A DNA stretch of 64,000 bases from Cenococcum geophilum (GCA_050273025.1 CP158636.1:4712001-4776000); one strand, 5' to 3'; counted from the first letter of the stretch, positions 25,912-38,639 are shown. Notes: generated by a model not told the origin, from the sequence alone. Numbers and translations: made by a program.

Positions 25912-28900
25912 ATGAAGCCTAGTGAGGGAATCATAGAGGCCAAGTCAGCTTTTTCCCGTCCCCCTCAAAACTTCAGCCCTGGTTCCGCAAGCTCGGCAGC
26001 TCCGCCTTCGCCCGGCGTCTACGAGCTACATGAGCTTCCCGAAAAAGCACAGCACGACACTTCAAGTCTATGCACCTGCTCGGGATCCAATGACGACCGT
26101 GGTCAACAAGAGTCAGGGTTTCTTCCGCAATTCTCGTCAGCTGGGGACAGGGCCGAAATGTCTCGCGCCCCGCTACTGGTGCGTTCATCGCCAGCGCAAG
26201 GCACTGGCTCTTATGGTGGTCTTCCAGTCGTTTCTTTAAGTTCCAGCGCGGGTACCACCGATATAGAGGACAACTTAGCCACTACGAATGCCCTTGCACA
26301 GACTCGGCGGGAAGGAAAGAGTAAACTAAGGTATAGCGACCCCAGTACGGGACCGTCGGGTCCCTTCATGGAACAAAATGAGGCCGAATACGTCAGGAGC
26401 AATGCTTCTCTGCCAGGCTCACGGCCACGAAGGAGAAACTCCAAGGGTTTTAAATCTAGGCGTGGCCGTAAAGAAATATCTACAGCACTTCATAAGACAC
26501 TTGAGGATCAGCAGGAATCTGGACTGGAATCTAAATTTGCCTCTGGAAGTGTGGTACCAGCAGCGGCAGGAATGAGCCGAGTATTCGAAGACCTCCACTC
26601 GCCTTCTAGCAGCAGCGTCCAAGAGGGGTCCACCAGCGAAGATGACGATACCTCGGAAAATCACGAATTATTACACGACAAACCGCCCACAGATCACCCA
26701 GCAGATGACTCGCCATATGCTCAAGTTCGGGCATCGGTACGTCCAACAGATGACGTTTCACTATCCATAAACACGCCACGCATGTGGACACTTTCCATAC
26801 TCTTCGCCATTTTGGGCTCATCCACAAATTTGTTCTTTTCCTTGCGGTACCCGAGCGTCAGCATTACTCCTATCATTGCACTTTTACTAGTCCATCCACT
26901 AGGCCTTCTTTGGGATCAGATTCTAAAAAGACCGTATGATGAAGAAGAAAATTTCGTAGATGGGTCTCTCCTATCCCGGAACTATGAAGCAAACTTGAGG
27001 GAACAAACCGAAGGGTGGGGTACTGGTCAGAATAACTTTATTTCCGCGTTTCCTGTCGATGCGTCAGATGAGCTGCAAGTTCAAATGTCATGGAGACGTC
27101 GATTACGGTTATGGCTTGCGCAGGGCCGCTGGAACGAAAAAGAGCATTGTTGTGTTTACATCAGCAGTAACGTTTCCTTTGGGTTTGCATTTGCCACCGA
27201 TGTAAGTTCTTAAAGGCATGCCTCGAGGGGCTCTGAGAGCTGAAAGAAGAAACAAGGTTATCGTAGAACAAACACAATTCTATCATCAAAAATTTGGAAT
27301 CACATACCAGATCCTACTTACAATCTCTACGCAAATATTGGGCTACGCACTCGCTGGGCTGACACGCCGATATCTAGTCCATCCGAGCGGCATGATTTGG
27401 CCTGGGACTTTAATTTCTGCGTCAATGTTCTCCACCCTACATAAGGAGGAGAATAAGCCCGCTAATGGCTGGCGAATTACTCGCTCGAGGTTCTTTCTCT
27501 GTGTCTTCAGTGGCTCAGTAGCATTCTACTTCCTCCCAGGACTTTTGATGCCCGCATTGAGCTATTTCAGCGTCATCACGTGGTTTTCCCCGAAGAATGT
27601 CACTGTAGCAAATTTAGTAAGTACGAATGCAGAATTTATGGACTTTGCTTATCTATTTTAGTTCGGGATCGCCTCCGGCCTGGGGCTATTTCCATTAACT
27701 TTCGACTGGTCTCAAATCGCCTACATCGGATCTCCACTTGTAGTCCCATTTTGGGCTGCATTAAACATTGTCGGAGGGTTGGTCGTCGTGATGTGGATTA
27801 TGGCGCCAATAATGTGTATGATTTCTCCGTTGCGTAAAGTTGAAATCTCGGTTGACACCTGCCTACAGATTACTCAAACGTGATGTTTTCCGCTTATATG
27901 CCTATCCTCTCTGCGGCCGTCTTCGATAACACCGGAAAACCTTATGATGTAAGCAGGATTCTGACACCAGACTTCCTTTTTGATAAGGAAGCATACCGCA
28001 GCTACAGCAGGGTTTTCTTACCTATCACCTATGTTTTGAGCTATGCCCTCCAGTTTGCCGCACTGTCCGCCCTAATCTCGCATACCGCACTATGGCATGG
28101 CAAAGACATCTGGAGGCAATGGCACCGATCTCTAGCCGAAATTAAGAATAAAAACGAAACTGCCTATGAGCCATTACCTTCGAATGATCACCATGTGAAT
28201 GGCCACCACGAGAATGGTAATCGTCCAAGGTCTCGCCGCAGCCAATTGCGGAACGCGTCGGAACCTGGATTGGATAATTTACTCAGTGTAGAGGACGTTC
28301 ATAATCGGCTAATGAGAAGATATGACGATGTTCCAACCAGTTGGTACATTCTAACAGGAGCCAGCATGACTGCTATCGGTATCTTCTTAGTGGAGTAGTA
28401 AGTTTCCTTGAAGTCCTTGTTGAATTTTGCTTATCACCATAGTTTCCCCGTATATCTGCCATGGTATGGGCTCCTCCTCGCTCTTAGTATCGGTGCTATT
28501 CTCTTTATTCCCATTGGGATTGTAATGGCCATCACAAATCAGCAGAGCAGCCTCTATCTGATTTGTCAACTCATTTGCGGAGTGATATTTCCTGGACGTC
28601 CCGTAGCAAACATGGTTTTTACAACTTATGGTTATGTAAGTGTGCCAGTTTAGCCGCTCCCTCCTACTTCCTAACATTTCTATTAAGATCACTTCTACTC
28701 AAGGCCTTAAATTTTCCTCTGATCTGAAGCTTGGCCAGTACATGAAAATTCCGCCACGAATTCTCTTCGCGTTACAGCTTTCTGCAACGGTAGTCTCAAG
28801 CCTGACGCAAATAGGTGTCTTAAACTGGATGCTTGCCTTCATTCCAGGAATTTGCACTCCGGAAGCCATCAACGGATTTACATGCCCGATCGCGCGAGTC

Positions 28901-29483
28901 CATTTCAATGGCAGCATTCTCTGGGGCGTAGTCGGCCCCAGACGGTTCTTCGGGCCAGGAGCTCTCTATCGTCCACTAGTTTGGAGTTTTCTAGTCGGTG
29001 CTGTGGCCCCCGTAGGTGTATGGCTTCTTGGCCGGCGAAACCATAAGAGCATTTGGCGTAAAGTTAATTTCGCAGTCGTCTTTGGTAGCCTAAGCTGGAT
29101 ACCCCCAGCTACGGGCCTCAACTTCTCGGTCTGGGCAGTCGTATGCTGGATCTTCAACCATGAAATTCGGAAGAGAAAGACCGCATGGTGGGAGAAATAT
29201 AACATGACTCTTAGCGCGGCGTTGGACTCGGGTCTTGCAGTCGGCGTAGTTGTCATATTCTTTGGTGTTGTGTACCCGGGGTGGATGAGTGGATTCAGTT
29301 GGTGGGGAACGGAAGTATACAAACAGGTCCGTCATTGTCCCTTCCTTCCTACCATTGGAGTGCCTGCCCAAGAGGGCTTTATGAGATGGACAGCTAACTT
29401 CGGTCTTTTAGGGTTGTGACTGGAAGGCTTGCCCTTACAAAGAAGTTCCAGCAGGACAGCATTTTGGGCCAGATGTTTGGTAA
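25912..29483 (+). CDS. OPT-family oligopeptide transporter
   Basis: DSPYAQVRASV, NTPRMW, WNEKEH, KLGQYMKIPPR, YNMTLSAALDSG, WWGT; multi-exon, ending ...HFGPDVW*. Confidence 0.93.
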
Positions 29484-30159
29484 AACGAAGATGCATAAAT
29501 TAGATATGAGGAATATCAATTTAAGCAGCCAGATGATTCAGGCCAAGGAAACATTTTCAATCATCGATTGACTAGTTCCAACTCTGCGGCATCTTTTTGA
29601 CCTACATGAATTTAGAGATAGTCTTCTCTCACACGCCAATTCGTTTTAGTTAAGCCGAATTGTAAGACTCGAAATGCTGTATCAAAGAGCGAAAAATGTA
29701 TTTGTGGATAAGATTTGGCTTAATTCTTCCTAAACTATTATACTGTTCGCATAGCTACTATTTCCTTGATTGTACAAGTGTAGTGGGCTATCTAGACGTT
29801 TCAATCTTTAGCTTTCGTTCCTAAACCTCCTACATTTGGTATAGGTTGTGGCCTGCTTTCATCATACTCCGCCACTTCCGCTAGGTCGGCCCAAATTTCA
29901 CTGCGCCTTAGTGCTATATGCAGCAAGGATAATCTAGAAGCACATCTCAGGAGTTGAGGCGTGAACATCGATAATATCTCGAAACATTTCTCCAATGGGA
30001 CACTATAAATGCTTAAGAACCTCCAAGAGAGGTGGGTCGGCCGTAAGCAAACTGTGATTTTGAAATATCAGCTGAAAGCTGGCAACATACACTTGTAATT
30101 GAAAAAGAATTCTTTCGTAATTTGATTACTCTCCTGCTAAAAATTAGAACGGCGAACTC

Positions 30160-31283
30160 TCAATCAACGTCTGGAACTGGCAGGCCGTTGTAGAGCTTCA
30201 TTCTCCGCCCTAACGCTTCCATGGCTTTCATTGCGTTTTCCTCTCGCAGTTTCGTTGCCTCGGAATCCGATACAAGTACGAAATCATATGTTATGAGCTT
30301 ATCTCCCTCCTTAACACCGTATTGCTTAGCCTGCTCGGCATTGACTGTACTAAGCTCAATAATAAGGGACTCCTTCACGCCGAACACGGCGTCTGAGGTC
30401 TCGTATGGGTCATGGCGAAGATAGAGCGCCCTACCCGTAATCCCGATCAGCATGAACAGAACCTAAAACTGGTTACAAAGAAGCGGGCGATATTAACTTA
30501 CGTAATTAGGTGGTCATAGCCCCTCTTGTTAAACATAAAATGCATATGGCTCGGACGATACGGATGCCTCTTCAGGAGCTTCAGGAGTTCCCCTACAGGC
30601 CCATCATGCGGGATCGGATACGGCACCGGCACAATCGCCTTAAACCAGAATACGCCGTCATGGTCGCTCTTCATAACGGCACGTCCATCTGGTCCATCGC
30701 GATCGGCATGCTGCACATCATAGAAGCCCTTCGAGTCCGTCTCCCAAATGTCGATCCTCACATCCGAAATGGGCTTGCCGGAGGTATCTTTGACAGTACA
30801 GAGGACAAGGCATGGTTCGCCATCGGGGTCATGTGAGATAAGGGAGCCGGCGGGTTCATGTCGAGCTTCGTGGGTGTGGAAGGGACCTAGGACTGTGCCT
30901 TCGGTGCTCGCAGGTGGTTTGGGGTGATCGATACTGTCGACAAGGAGGGAGAGGCCGATTATGTCGGAGAGGAGAATGAATTCCTGATGCTGTGTTAGCC
31001 AATACCTCTATCTTTTGGGTGGGAAGGCGCTGTGTTTATGACTTACTTGTCGCACATCACTGCATATTTGGCCCACGGATGTCAGGAAATCTATTCCCGC
31101 CATCCATTCGTTTGTACTAAGACGGGTCTCGCAGGCAAAGTCATGGACGTGTGTCACAAGACGCTCGAGAATGTATTTTAATCGTGGATCCGGTGTCCGT
31201 GAATTTATCATGTGCACATTCTCGGTGATGTTCTCGATGGTGAGATCTTTCAATGGCGGGATGTCCACCTGAGAAAGGTCCAT
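30160..31283 (-). CDS. Intradiol ring-cleavage dioxygenase, hydroxyquinol 1,2-dioxygenase-like (3 exons, appears intact)
   Basis: Iron-ligand motifs GFYDVQ, VPYPIPHDGP and RPSHMHF; N-terminus PPLKDLTIENITENV; SDAVFGVKESL. Confidence 0.85.
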
Positions 31284-32033
31284 CCCAGCGGAGTTTTTGG
31301 TTTGTGAAAAGATTTAGAGGGATGTAAATGGTGCGATTCCACTCGCTGAGGTTTATGGCTAAGGAGGGAAGAAGATAGAGAGAAAAGAGAAAAGAAAACG
31401 AAGCGAAGAAGCTGTGAGGGAAAATAAATTAGCCATGACGGTGCGCGGGCACAGTTCCACTATTATTACCGGTGCCGTCAACGCGTTCCTGCTTCCCCAG
31501 GTGAGATTCTCCAGACCCCACGGTGGTGTGTACTGCGAGGGGTACCGTGTCCTGGCCCTCCTTTGCCCCGCATTCTTCGGCCTCTCTTTCGGCAGAGCCT
31601 TTTCCCTGTCTCCCTACCACCGCCGACACCACTCATCGTAGCCGTTCACAGCTGTGCTTATACAAACTCATGCATAGCATTTAGCATGTCTCCAATTCAA
31701 GTATTGTGCAAAAAGGGTCGCGCAAAGTTCTGTGCTATATCGCATCTCAAGCAAATACACTCATGGACTCTGCAGCTTGCAGAAATGTGAACATGGTATG
31801 TAGCCAGGGAGGACCGGAAGATGCGATTTCTATCGTAATTCGATCACGGGAAGCGCTAAAGAGCGCCATTAAATGCCGCCTTTCTACCTTTCTCGGTAAT
31901 GGTCTGACAACGTATAATCATAGTGCTTGATCATAAATCAGGTAAGGGTCCTAGATGTTCTTGAAGGCCCCTTGAAGGAAACGTAGAGAAACGAGTACGA
32001 TCAAGTATATCTTCGGCGTCTCAAATACCACGT

Positions 32034-32490
32034 CTATAGTTGTGCCTTCGATTTCGGTTTGAGATGCTTCGCAGCATACTCAATCGCAGCTGTATACCCA
32101 TACACACCCAGACCGCAGACGACTGCCTCTGCTTTATCACTCAAGTAGCTGTGATTCCTGAAGGTCTCCCTCTTGTGTATGTTGGTGACGTGAACCTCGA
32201 TGAAAGGTACATCAACACCGAGCAGTGCGTCCCGCAACGCTACACTCGTGTGTGAAAGCCCCTGGGTTGATAACAATAGCATCGATCTTTCCTCGCGCTT
32301 CGTGTATGCGGTCGATGATAACGCCTTCGTGGTTCGACTGGATATCTTCGAGTTGGATAGAGAGTGACCCGGCTTGCTGCTTTGCTTGCTCTACCACTTG
32401 GAGGAGAGTTGTCGAGCCGTATAGGTGCGGTTCGCGCGTGCCAAGGAGATTGAGATTAACGCCATTGATTAGAAGAATACTCTTTGCCAT
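32034..32490 (-). pseudogene. qutE: Catabolic type II 3-dehydroquinate dehydratase (qutE/qa-2), frameshifted
   Basis: [21 protein letters not shown] and INPGAFTH lie in one frame; TSVALRDAL and [15 protein letters not shown] lie in another. Two bases (AC) are missing from a CA tract at ~32247-32254; no intron fits. Confidence 0.9.
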
Positions 32491-32977
32491 AGTGGCAAAG
32501 CTTGTATACGGGTTGGTTTAGGATATCAGGTGTTAAATGTGAAGATTGACCTCTGCTCCGTTCAGCTGAATTGATAAAGACTTCGTTTGACCCACCTGGG
32601 AGGCATCGTGATGCAATTTGGGCCTGCACTCCGGTGGAGGAAGAGTATTTTACCGGCTGTTGATTCGTTGAATGATCATCGAGAATACCCGTTAATACCC
32701 ATGGATATCCAGCGAATGTTATTCGAAGCCGTACAGAGCAAGTCAAATACTGACAACCAATTGATGGACTTATGTCCCATAATACTGGGTCTCAAGTCAC
32801 GATTGATTGGAGGTAAAACGAGAGGGTTAGAGCAAGAGAATATCATTCGTATCGGGAAAATCTCGGATCTCCGTCTTGTGGACGGCGGCTTCCTGCAGTT
32901 TCTGGCCACCACATCCGAGCGTTCGCTTTACAAAGTGCCCACCTCCCCCCGTCTTCCTTACACGGAATGGTTCAATC

Positions 32978-33766
32978 ATGCCAAAGCTTAGTCGAGAGGA
33001 GTTGGACGAGATTTATATCTTTGCTGTCAATCTGAGCAAGGAGGCGGGACGCTTGCTTCTAGACGCTGCAGAGTTGAGGTTTGGAATGATAGAGCTGAGG
33101 AGCAGCTCATGTTGAAAAGGACAATGCTGTGAACCTAGTCACTCAGACCGATGGGGGTAAAGATATTTAGAGTAGTTTGCGCTGAGAGCATATCATTAGA
33201 GCTTCTACAGCTCACTGAAGCAATACATCATTGCTCATGTGAAACGGATTTGGTGCGATGTTGGACCTTGTGTATACAGCTATGGGTTCATTTGACATAT
33301 GGTGGGAAGGAGGGTGTTGGGAATGGTGAGACAACACTCTCAGTATCTCTGCAAGAAGCTTGAAAGCTGACAGAAAATGTAGGGATGGGCAGCTGGAATT
33401 GCGATTTTGCAAGAAGCAGGGGGGTTGATCACTGCCAACCCTCCAAAAGACCATGTTACCGCATCTATCGAGGATGTTAAACTCGGTAGTCATTTATATC
33501 TAACCACCCGGTAAGTGCATCCTGAGGTATAGTCGTTCAAAAGTCCTTATGCCGACACCTCGCCCAGATCAAAAATGTTATGTTCACTTGTTACTTCGCC
33601 ACGCTCTTCATCCCCACCAGAATGCGCTTGTGACGGCAATGCTGACTTTTGAGTGTTTTAAAGCCCCGCAGGCCCATCCTTAACAGAATCAGGTTGTCAA
33701 GGACAGGAGCGGACGGTGCGAGAGGTTTGGCGAAGAGTACGCAATCTCGATTACTCTCGCCCGGCC
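32978..33766 (+). pseudogene. qutG: Inositol monophosphatase-like qutG/qa-x pseudogene with internal deletion and frameshifts
   Basis: Fragments MPKLSREELDEIYIFAVNL; VEKDNAVNLVTQTD; LDLVYTAMGSFDIWWEGGCWEW; AAGIAILQEAGGLITANPP...EDVKLGS; PAGPS...QERTVREVWRRVRNLDYSRP. The central region with the DPxDGT metal motif is absent. Confidence 0.88.
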
Positions 33767-33883
33767 AAGCCGCAATTACTTCTTTTCTTCCGCCACTGCA
33801 TATCATTTGTTCTATTTGTTTCTCATACAATTTTCCTCATCAAGCAAACTTTGAACAAGTGGAGCATCCCGGATGCTCATTCC

Positions 33884-35154
33884 TTAGATCTTCGATTCAT
33901 TGAGTTTGGCGGCAATAACTTGATGTACTTTCTTCACTGGTAGTTCGTGAAGGTCCTTTCCGGTCCAATACCTATCCTACGAAACATTAGCCCTTTCAAC
34001 TTAAACCCACAATTCAAATGTGTAGAAAGGAGAACGCATAAACTCATCCGGAATCACAAACTTCGCTTGAACGCATTCGACTTACCTGCTCCAGGCCTTG
34101 CCAGATCATGGCCTCTGTCCCTAAAATGACATTCCACCCAAGCTTCTGGCTAATGTCTGCGATTTCGGTCCATGGCGTCGGATGGTAGCACATTTCTAAT
34201 ATTGCACCCTTATGGTCTTTTCCTAGCAAGCATTCTAGCACAGCCCTAGCCTCTTTCTCCGCCACGGTCCGTGGCGAGAAGTTCGGCACGCATGCCACCA
34301 CAGCTCCAGGTCCTTCCATTTTCTCTGCCTCGGCTACAGTTGCCACGTGCAACATGCCCTCCCCAAATCCACGTGCGGTGCATTCTCCGATGACGGTATC
34401 GACTTCGGATCTGTCGCGATTTACGATGTATATCTTGCTCGCGCGCATCCACTTCTTCAAGGCATAAACAGCACTTCTAGCAGCTCCTCCGCCGCCGATC
34501 ACTAGACCAGGTCGATCATGGAAACAGGCGTCAGGGTCACTGATGTTTTGGTAAAAGGCATCCCGTATGCCGACGACATCAGTGTTTGTGCCCATGTAGA
34601 GGCGCCGGTTTGTGATAGGGTCATTGCGTACAAAGAGAGTATTGCAGGCGCCAACGCCGCGGCCTTCGGGGGTGAGGGAGTCGAGGTGCTTTAGGATGGC
34701 AACTTTGTGGGGCATGGTTACTGAAGCTCCTACAGAGTTATCAGGCTAGTGTTAAGGAATATGTTGAACGAAGTACTTCTTGTTGCGGGGAATGATCAAG
34801 GCGTGTGGTAAGTTTTTTTAGGATCTTGTGAGGACTGATTCTTTTGAAGGGAAGAGCGGTATATCAAGTCACCGATCTTTCTCGATCAAACTATCTAATC
34901 CCTAGCAACGAGGCTGATGTACAAATGATAGATTAGGATGGATTCGGAGTTACACACCTACCATAGAATTTAGGATTCCGAATCAATTCTAAGAAATGAT
35001 CCATATCCGTCGAGTCAAGCGGCAGCTGCGCCCAATTGAGCCCCAGGCTGTCATACACGGTCTGATGAAGCAACGGCGACATGGAATGGGTAATTGGATG
35101 CCCGAAGAGGTAGCCTACCCGGTCGAGATGGTCTGACGATGGTGTGTCTGTCAT
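33884..35154 (-). CDS. qutB: Quinate/shikimate dehydrogenase (qutB/qa-3), apparently intact, 3 exons
   Basis: [67 protein letters not shown] / DRYWTG...NESKI*. Confidence 0.9.
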
Positions 35155-35486
35155 GTTGAATTTATGAGGGCCAAAGAAGAGTGTGTGGGAACAAAATAGT
35201 AGGGAGACAGCCGAGCAAGCTGTTCCGGGGGATGCAGAAGTGTGAGAAGGAAGACGGCGATGCTAGAAAGTCACGTATTGAAGTGCTTGAGAGAAGCTTA
35301 ACAGGCACTTGGCATCAAAACACGATCCGAACCAAGTGGAGACAGTAAAGAGAAACAGACGTCTCGGATTACCGCATTGGATTGTCTGGTAAGGCATAGG
35401 GTGGTGGGCGGAGTGGAGTTGGAGGCCGTAGCATTCAGGGCATGACCCTGGCGGGGATTGCAAGACCAGCAAGGCTGGTAAAAGGC

Positions 35487-35502
35487 TGGTAAGGGGTTAG
35501 CG
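35487..35502. promoter_or_regulatory. Possible QA-1F/QutA-type activator site in the divergent qutB-qutD promoter
   Basis: TGGTAAGGGGTTAGCG keeps the TAA-N4-TTA core of the Neurospora qa-1F consensus GGRTAARYRYTTAYCC; the match is partial. Confidence 0.25.
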
Positions 35503-36096
35503 AAGGGTTACGCAGCAAAGGGCTGGCAAAAGGTTGCGAAGGATTGAATGCTTTCCCCAGGCGGGAGGTGGGCCCGGGGCAAGTTCGGGAAATTGCATTT
35601 CCCAAGTGCCGCTCGACGCCCACCCCAGCATGTACATGTAACGATTCCAGATCCCGTTCATGACTCGCCTGGGGAACAACATGGATGCGTCTGATCCCCA
35701 AGAGCGACCTCTCTGCTGGGTCAGGAAAATTTCTCTTCCCATGCAGAAGAGGAGCAGCACGGGCGCTAGTTTGTGGCGGGCGGGCCTCGAGATGCGCACC
35801 GATCTAGCTTCATCACCGTCCCCACGGGGTTGTCCTTCGCTCCTCCGACTTGACCGGAGAGATAAATAGGTGAGGCCTGTCGTGATCCTGGCCTGCTATC
35901 ATCGTCACCACCATCAATCTCACCATCTTCCCTCCTTCCCTTGTTTAGCATCAAGTCATTTGGGAGGCCTTTACTGTGTCATCCCCCATCGTCTTCCTGC
36001 AATCAACTCCACCCCTTCCGGGAAGCTTGGTGCATCGTCGTCTCTGTTTGTTTACGCTCATCTTGCCCTTGGGTGCTCCTCTTCGGTCTCCTCAAA

Positions 36097-37766
36097 ATGG
36101 GCATCCTCGCGCTTGTTGAGGATAGGCCAACGCCCAAGGCCGTCTACAACTGGCGAGTATACGCATGCGCAGCTATCGCCTCCTTTGCGTCATGTATGAT
36201 CGGCTACGACTCTGCCTTCATCGGCACCACCCTAGCACTTCCGTCCTTCACCGAGGAGTTCAAATTCGCTGATATGACCGCTGAACACCTGGCTCTTGTA
36301 AAGACCAACATCGTCTCTGTCTATCAAGCTGGCGCTTTCTTCGGTTCATTCTTTGCATATGCCACGAGCTATTTCCTTGGACGCAAGAAGAGCCTTTGGA
36401 TCTTTGTCACTGTTTTCATTCTTGGTGCTGGCATGATGCTTGGCGCCAATCAACAGAGAGGACTTGGAGTTATCATCGGTGGACGTGTTCTCGCTGGAAT
36501 TGGCGTTGGTGGTGCCTCCAACATGGTTCCCATCTACATCTCAGAATTGGCTCCCCCGGCTATCCGGGGACGTTTGGTTGGTATCTACGAGCTTGGTTGG
36601 CAAATTGGCGGCCTAGTTGGTTTCTGGATCAACTACGGCATCAGCGAAACAATGGCCCCCTCTCATAGCCAATGGCTCATTCCTTTCGCCATACAACTAG
36701 TCCCAGGTGGTCTTCTCTTGATCGGTTCCCTCTGGATCAAGGAGTCACCGAGATGGTTGTTCCAGAAGGGTGACAGGGAGCGGGCATTGGCAAACCTGTG
36801 CTGGATTCGCAATCTCCCGGCTGACGACATCTATATCGTTGAAGAGGTTGCCGCCATTGACGCTGGTATAGAGTATGAACGTACTCATGTTGGTGCTGGC
36901 TTCTGGAAGCTGTTTGTAGCATTGAAGGATCGAAAGGTCCTATGGTGATTCTTCTTGGGTGGCATGCTCTTCTTATGGCAGAATGGATCTGGTATCAATG
37001 CTATTAACTACTATTCGCCAACAATTTTCAAAAGCATTGGCATCCAGGGAACCAACAATGGTTTTCTTACCACGGGCATCTTTGGTGTTGTTAAGACTGT
37101 CGTCACCTTTGTATGGTTGCTTATCCTGATTGACAAGTTGGGTCGCCGCAAACTTCTTATGGTAGGTGCCTTTGGGGGTTCTCTCTGCATGTGGTTCATT
37201 GGTGCATACATCAAGCTCTCTGATCCTGCTGCACATACGACGAACACGAAACTATCATCCGGTGGCATTGCAGCTATTTTCTTCTTCTACCTCTGGACTG
37301 CGTTCTATACCCCATCTTGGAACGGTACCCCATGGGTCATTAACTCTGAGATGTTTAGTCAGAATACCAGGTGGGTGTCATGCCATTTTTTCCCTATAGA
37401 AGCACCCACTGACCAATTCACTATAGATCGCTCGGCCAAGCCTCAGCTGCAGCAAATAACTGGTTCTGGAACTTCATCATCTCCCGATTCACCCCCCAGA
37501 TGTTCCTAACGATGGGATATGGCGTCTATTTCTTCTTTGCATCGCTTATGATTCTTTCCATCCCCTTTGTCTACTTTTTGATCCCTGAAACTAAGTCTGT
37601 CCCCCTTGAGGCTATGGACAGACTTTTCGAGATTAAGCCTGTTCGAAATGCCAACAAGGTTATCATTACCGAACTTCGGGAGCAAGAGGAGGAATTCAGG
37701 CATGATGCGGATGGTGCAGGACTTACAGCAGAGAAGACGAAGGATTCGAGGATTGAAAGAGTGTAA
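36097..37766 (+). pseudogene. qutD: Quinate permease (qutD/qa-y, MFS sugar-porter family) with in-frame premature stop
   Basis: MGILALVEDRPTPKAVYNWRVY, IGYDSAFIG, PIYISELAPPAIRGRL, PETKSVPLE. TGA at 36946-36948 lies in KVLW*FFLGGMLF, where the frame continues unchanged. Confidence 0.9.
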
Positions 37767-38349
37767 GATTCTGTTATTGATTTTGCATTGGCCACAAGAA
37801 ATTGGTGTGTCGATCAAATTCCCATGGTATATATTTCAATTGGGGCGAACGATGTAAATTTTAAATCCGGTCATTACGAGGTTAATGTCGATCGGAAGAC
37901 TAAAAGATAAAAATAATGATGACTCTGTCTCATTGCAAGTGGCTCTAGAGCCTCATTATATACACTAAGTAGGTGGCAAAGACTGACGTCGACGCTAACG
38001 TCGATTTGAAACTGTTACCTCATTGCCACCTAATCGACATTGGGTAATAGGTAATAGAAAGGTAATGGAAATGGTGTAAAGTCATAAGGTGATCGGCAAC
38101 TAGAACATGAACAGGGTAATCACTAAAATCCGGCCTAGATCGACACACACCCCCAGCTTTAAGCTCCCATAGGTCAAAGCTATACTGCGGGTCTTGGCAT
38201 AGTGTTAGGTTAAATATATCCATATCTTCCTCCACACTTACCTTTATTAATTTAGAAGTATAAGTAGACCGATATAGATAAACAGAGCTTCGTAATAGGT
38301 GTTAAAACTATAGTATAGCGGACTAGAGCTAATAGACCTAAGTAGTACT

Positions 38350-38579
38350 TGTGACGGGCTCGTACAAATGCCTCTGAGACGAAGCTTGTAGATTGCTACC
38401 ATACAAAGATACTAAGCTAAAGAGAAGAAGAAGAGGAAGGCCGCTAGTGGTCGCCAAGGCGCTAGTGGTAAGCGAGCCAATAGCGATTTTCTATCCTGGG
38501 GATGGAAAATCCTAATTGGTTAGTAGAAGTTAGGGTTAGTAGAATATAGTAGAAGCATGGCAGAATTTAGTAGGTAACA
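38350..38579. mobile_element. Probable solo LTR / LTR fragment
   Basis: TGTGAC...TAACA ends. Shares CGCTAGTGGT and GATTTTCTAT..GG...GGAAATCCTAATTGGTTAGT motifs with the adjacent Gypsy 3' region. No matching TSD. Confidence 0.45.
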
Positions 38580-38639
38580 CTCACTACTAGAAAAGAACTT
38601 CTATTTAGGCCCAATTAAACACCCTAAAGTAGTAGGCGA

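Noticed and set aside
29801..29995. 64-aa minus ORF between OPT and the dioxygenase
   Set aside because: No recognisable motif or splice structure; cannot be supported.
31400..32000. Possible qutC remnant between the dioxygenase and qutE
   Set aside because: No dehydroshikimate dehydratase motifs recognised; it looks like promoter/intergenic DNA.
32212..32282. Intron or programmed frameshift in qutE
   Set aside because: Sequence is missing rather than extra, and there are no splice signals or slippery heptamer.
36946..36948. Programmed readthrough or A-to-I rescue of the qutD stop
   Set aside because: The UGA-U context is not the leaky type, the expected residue is Arg, and neighbouring genes are independently broken.
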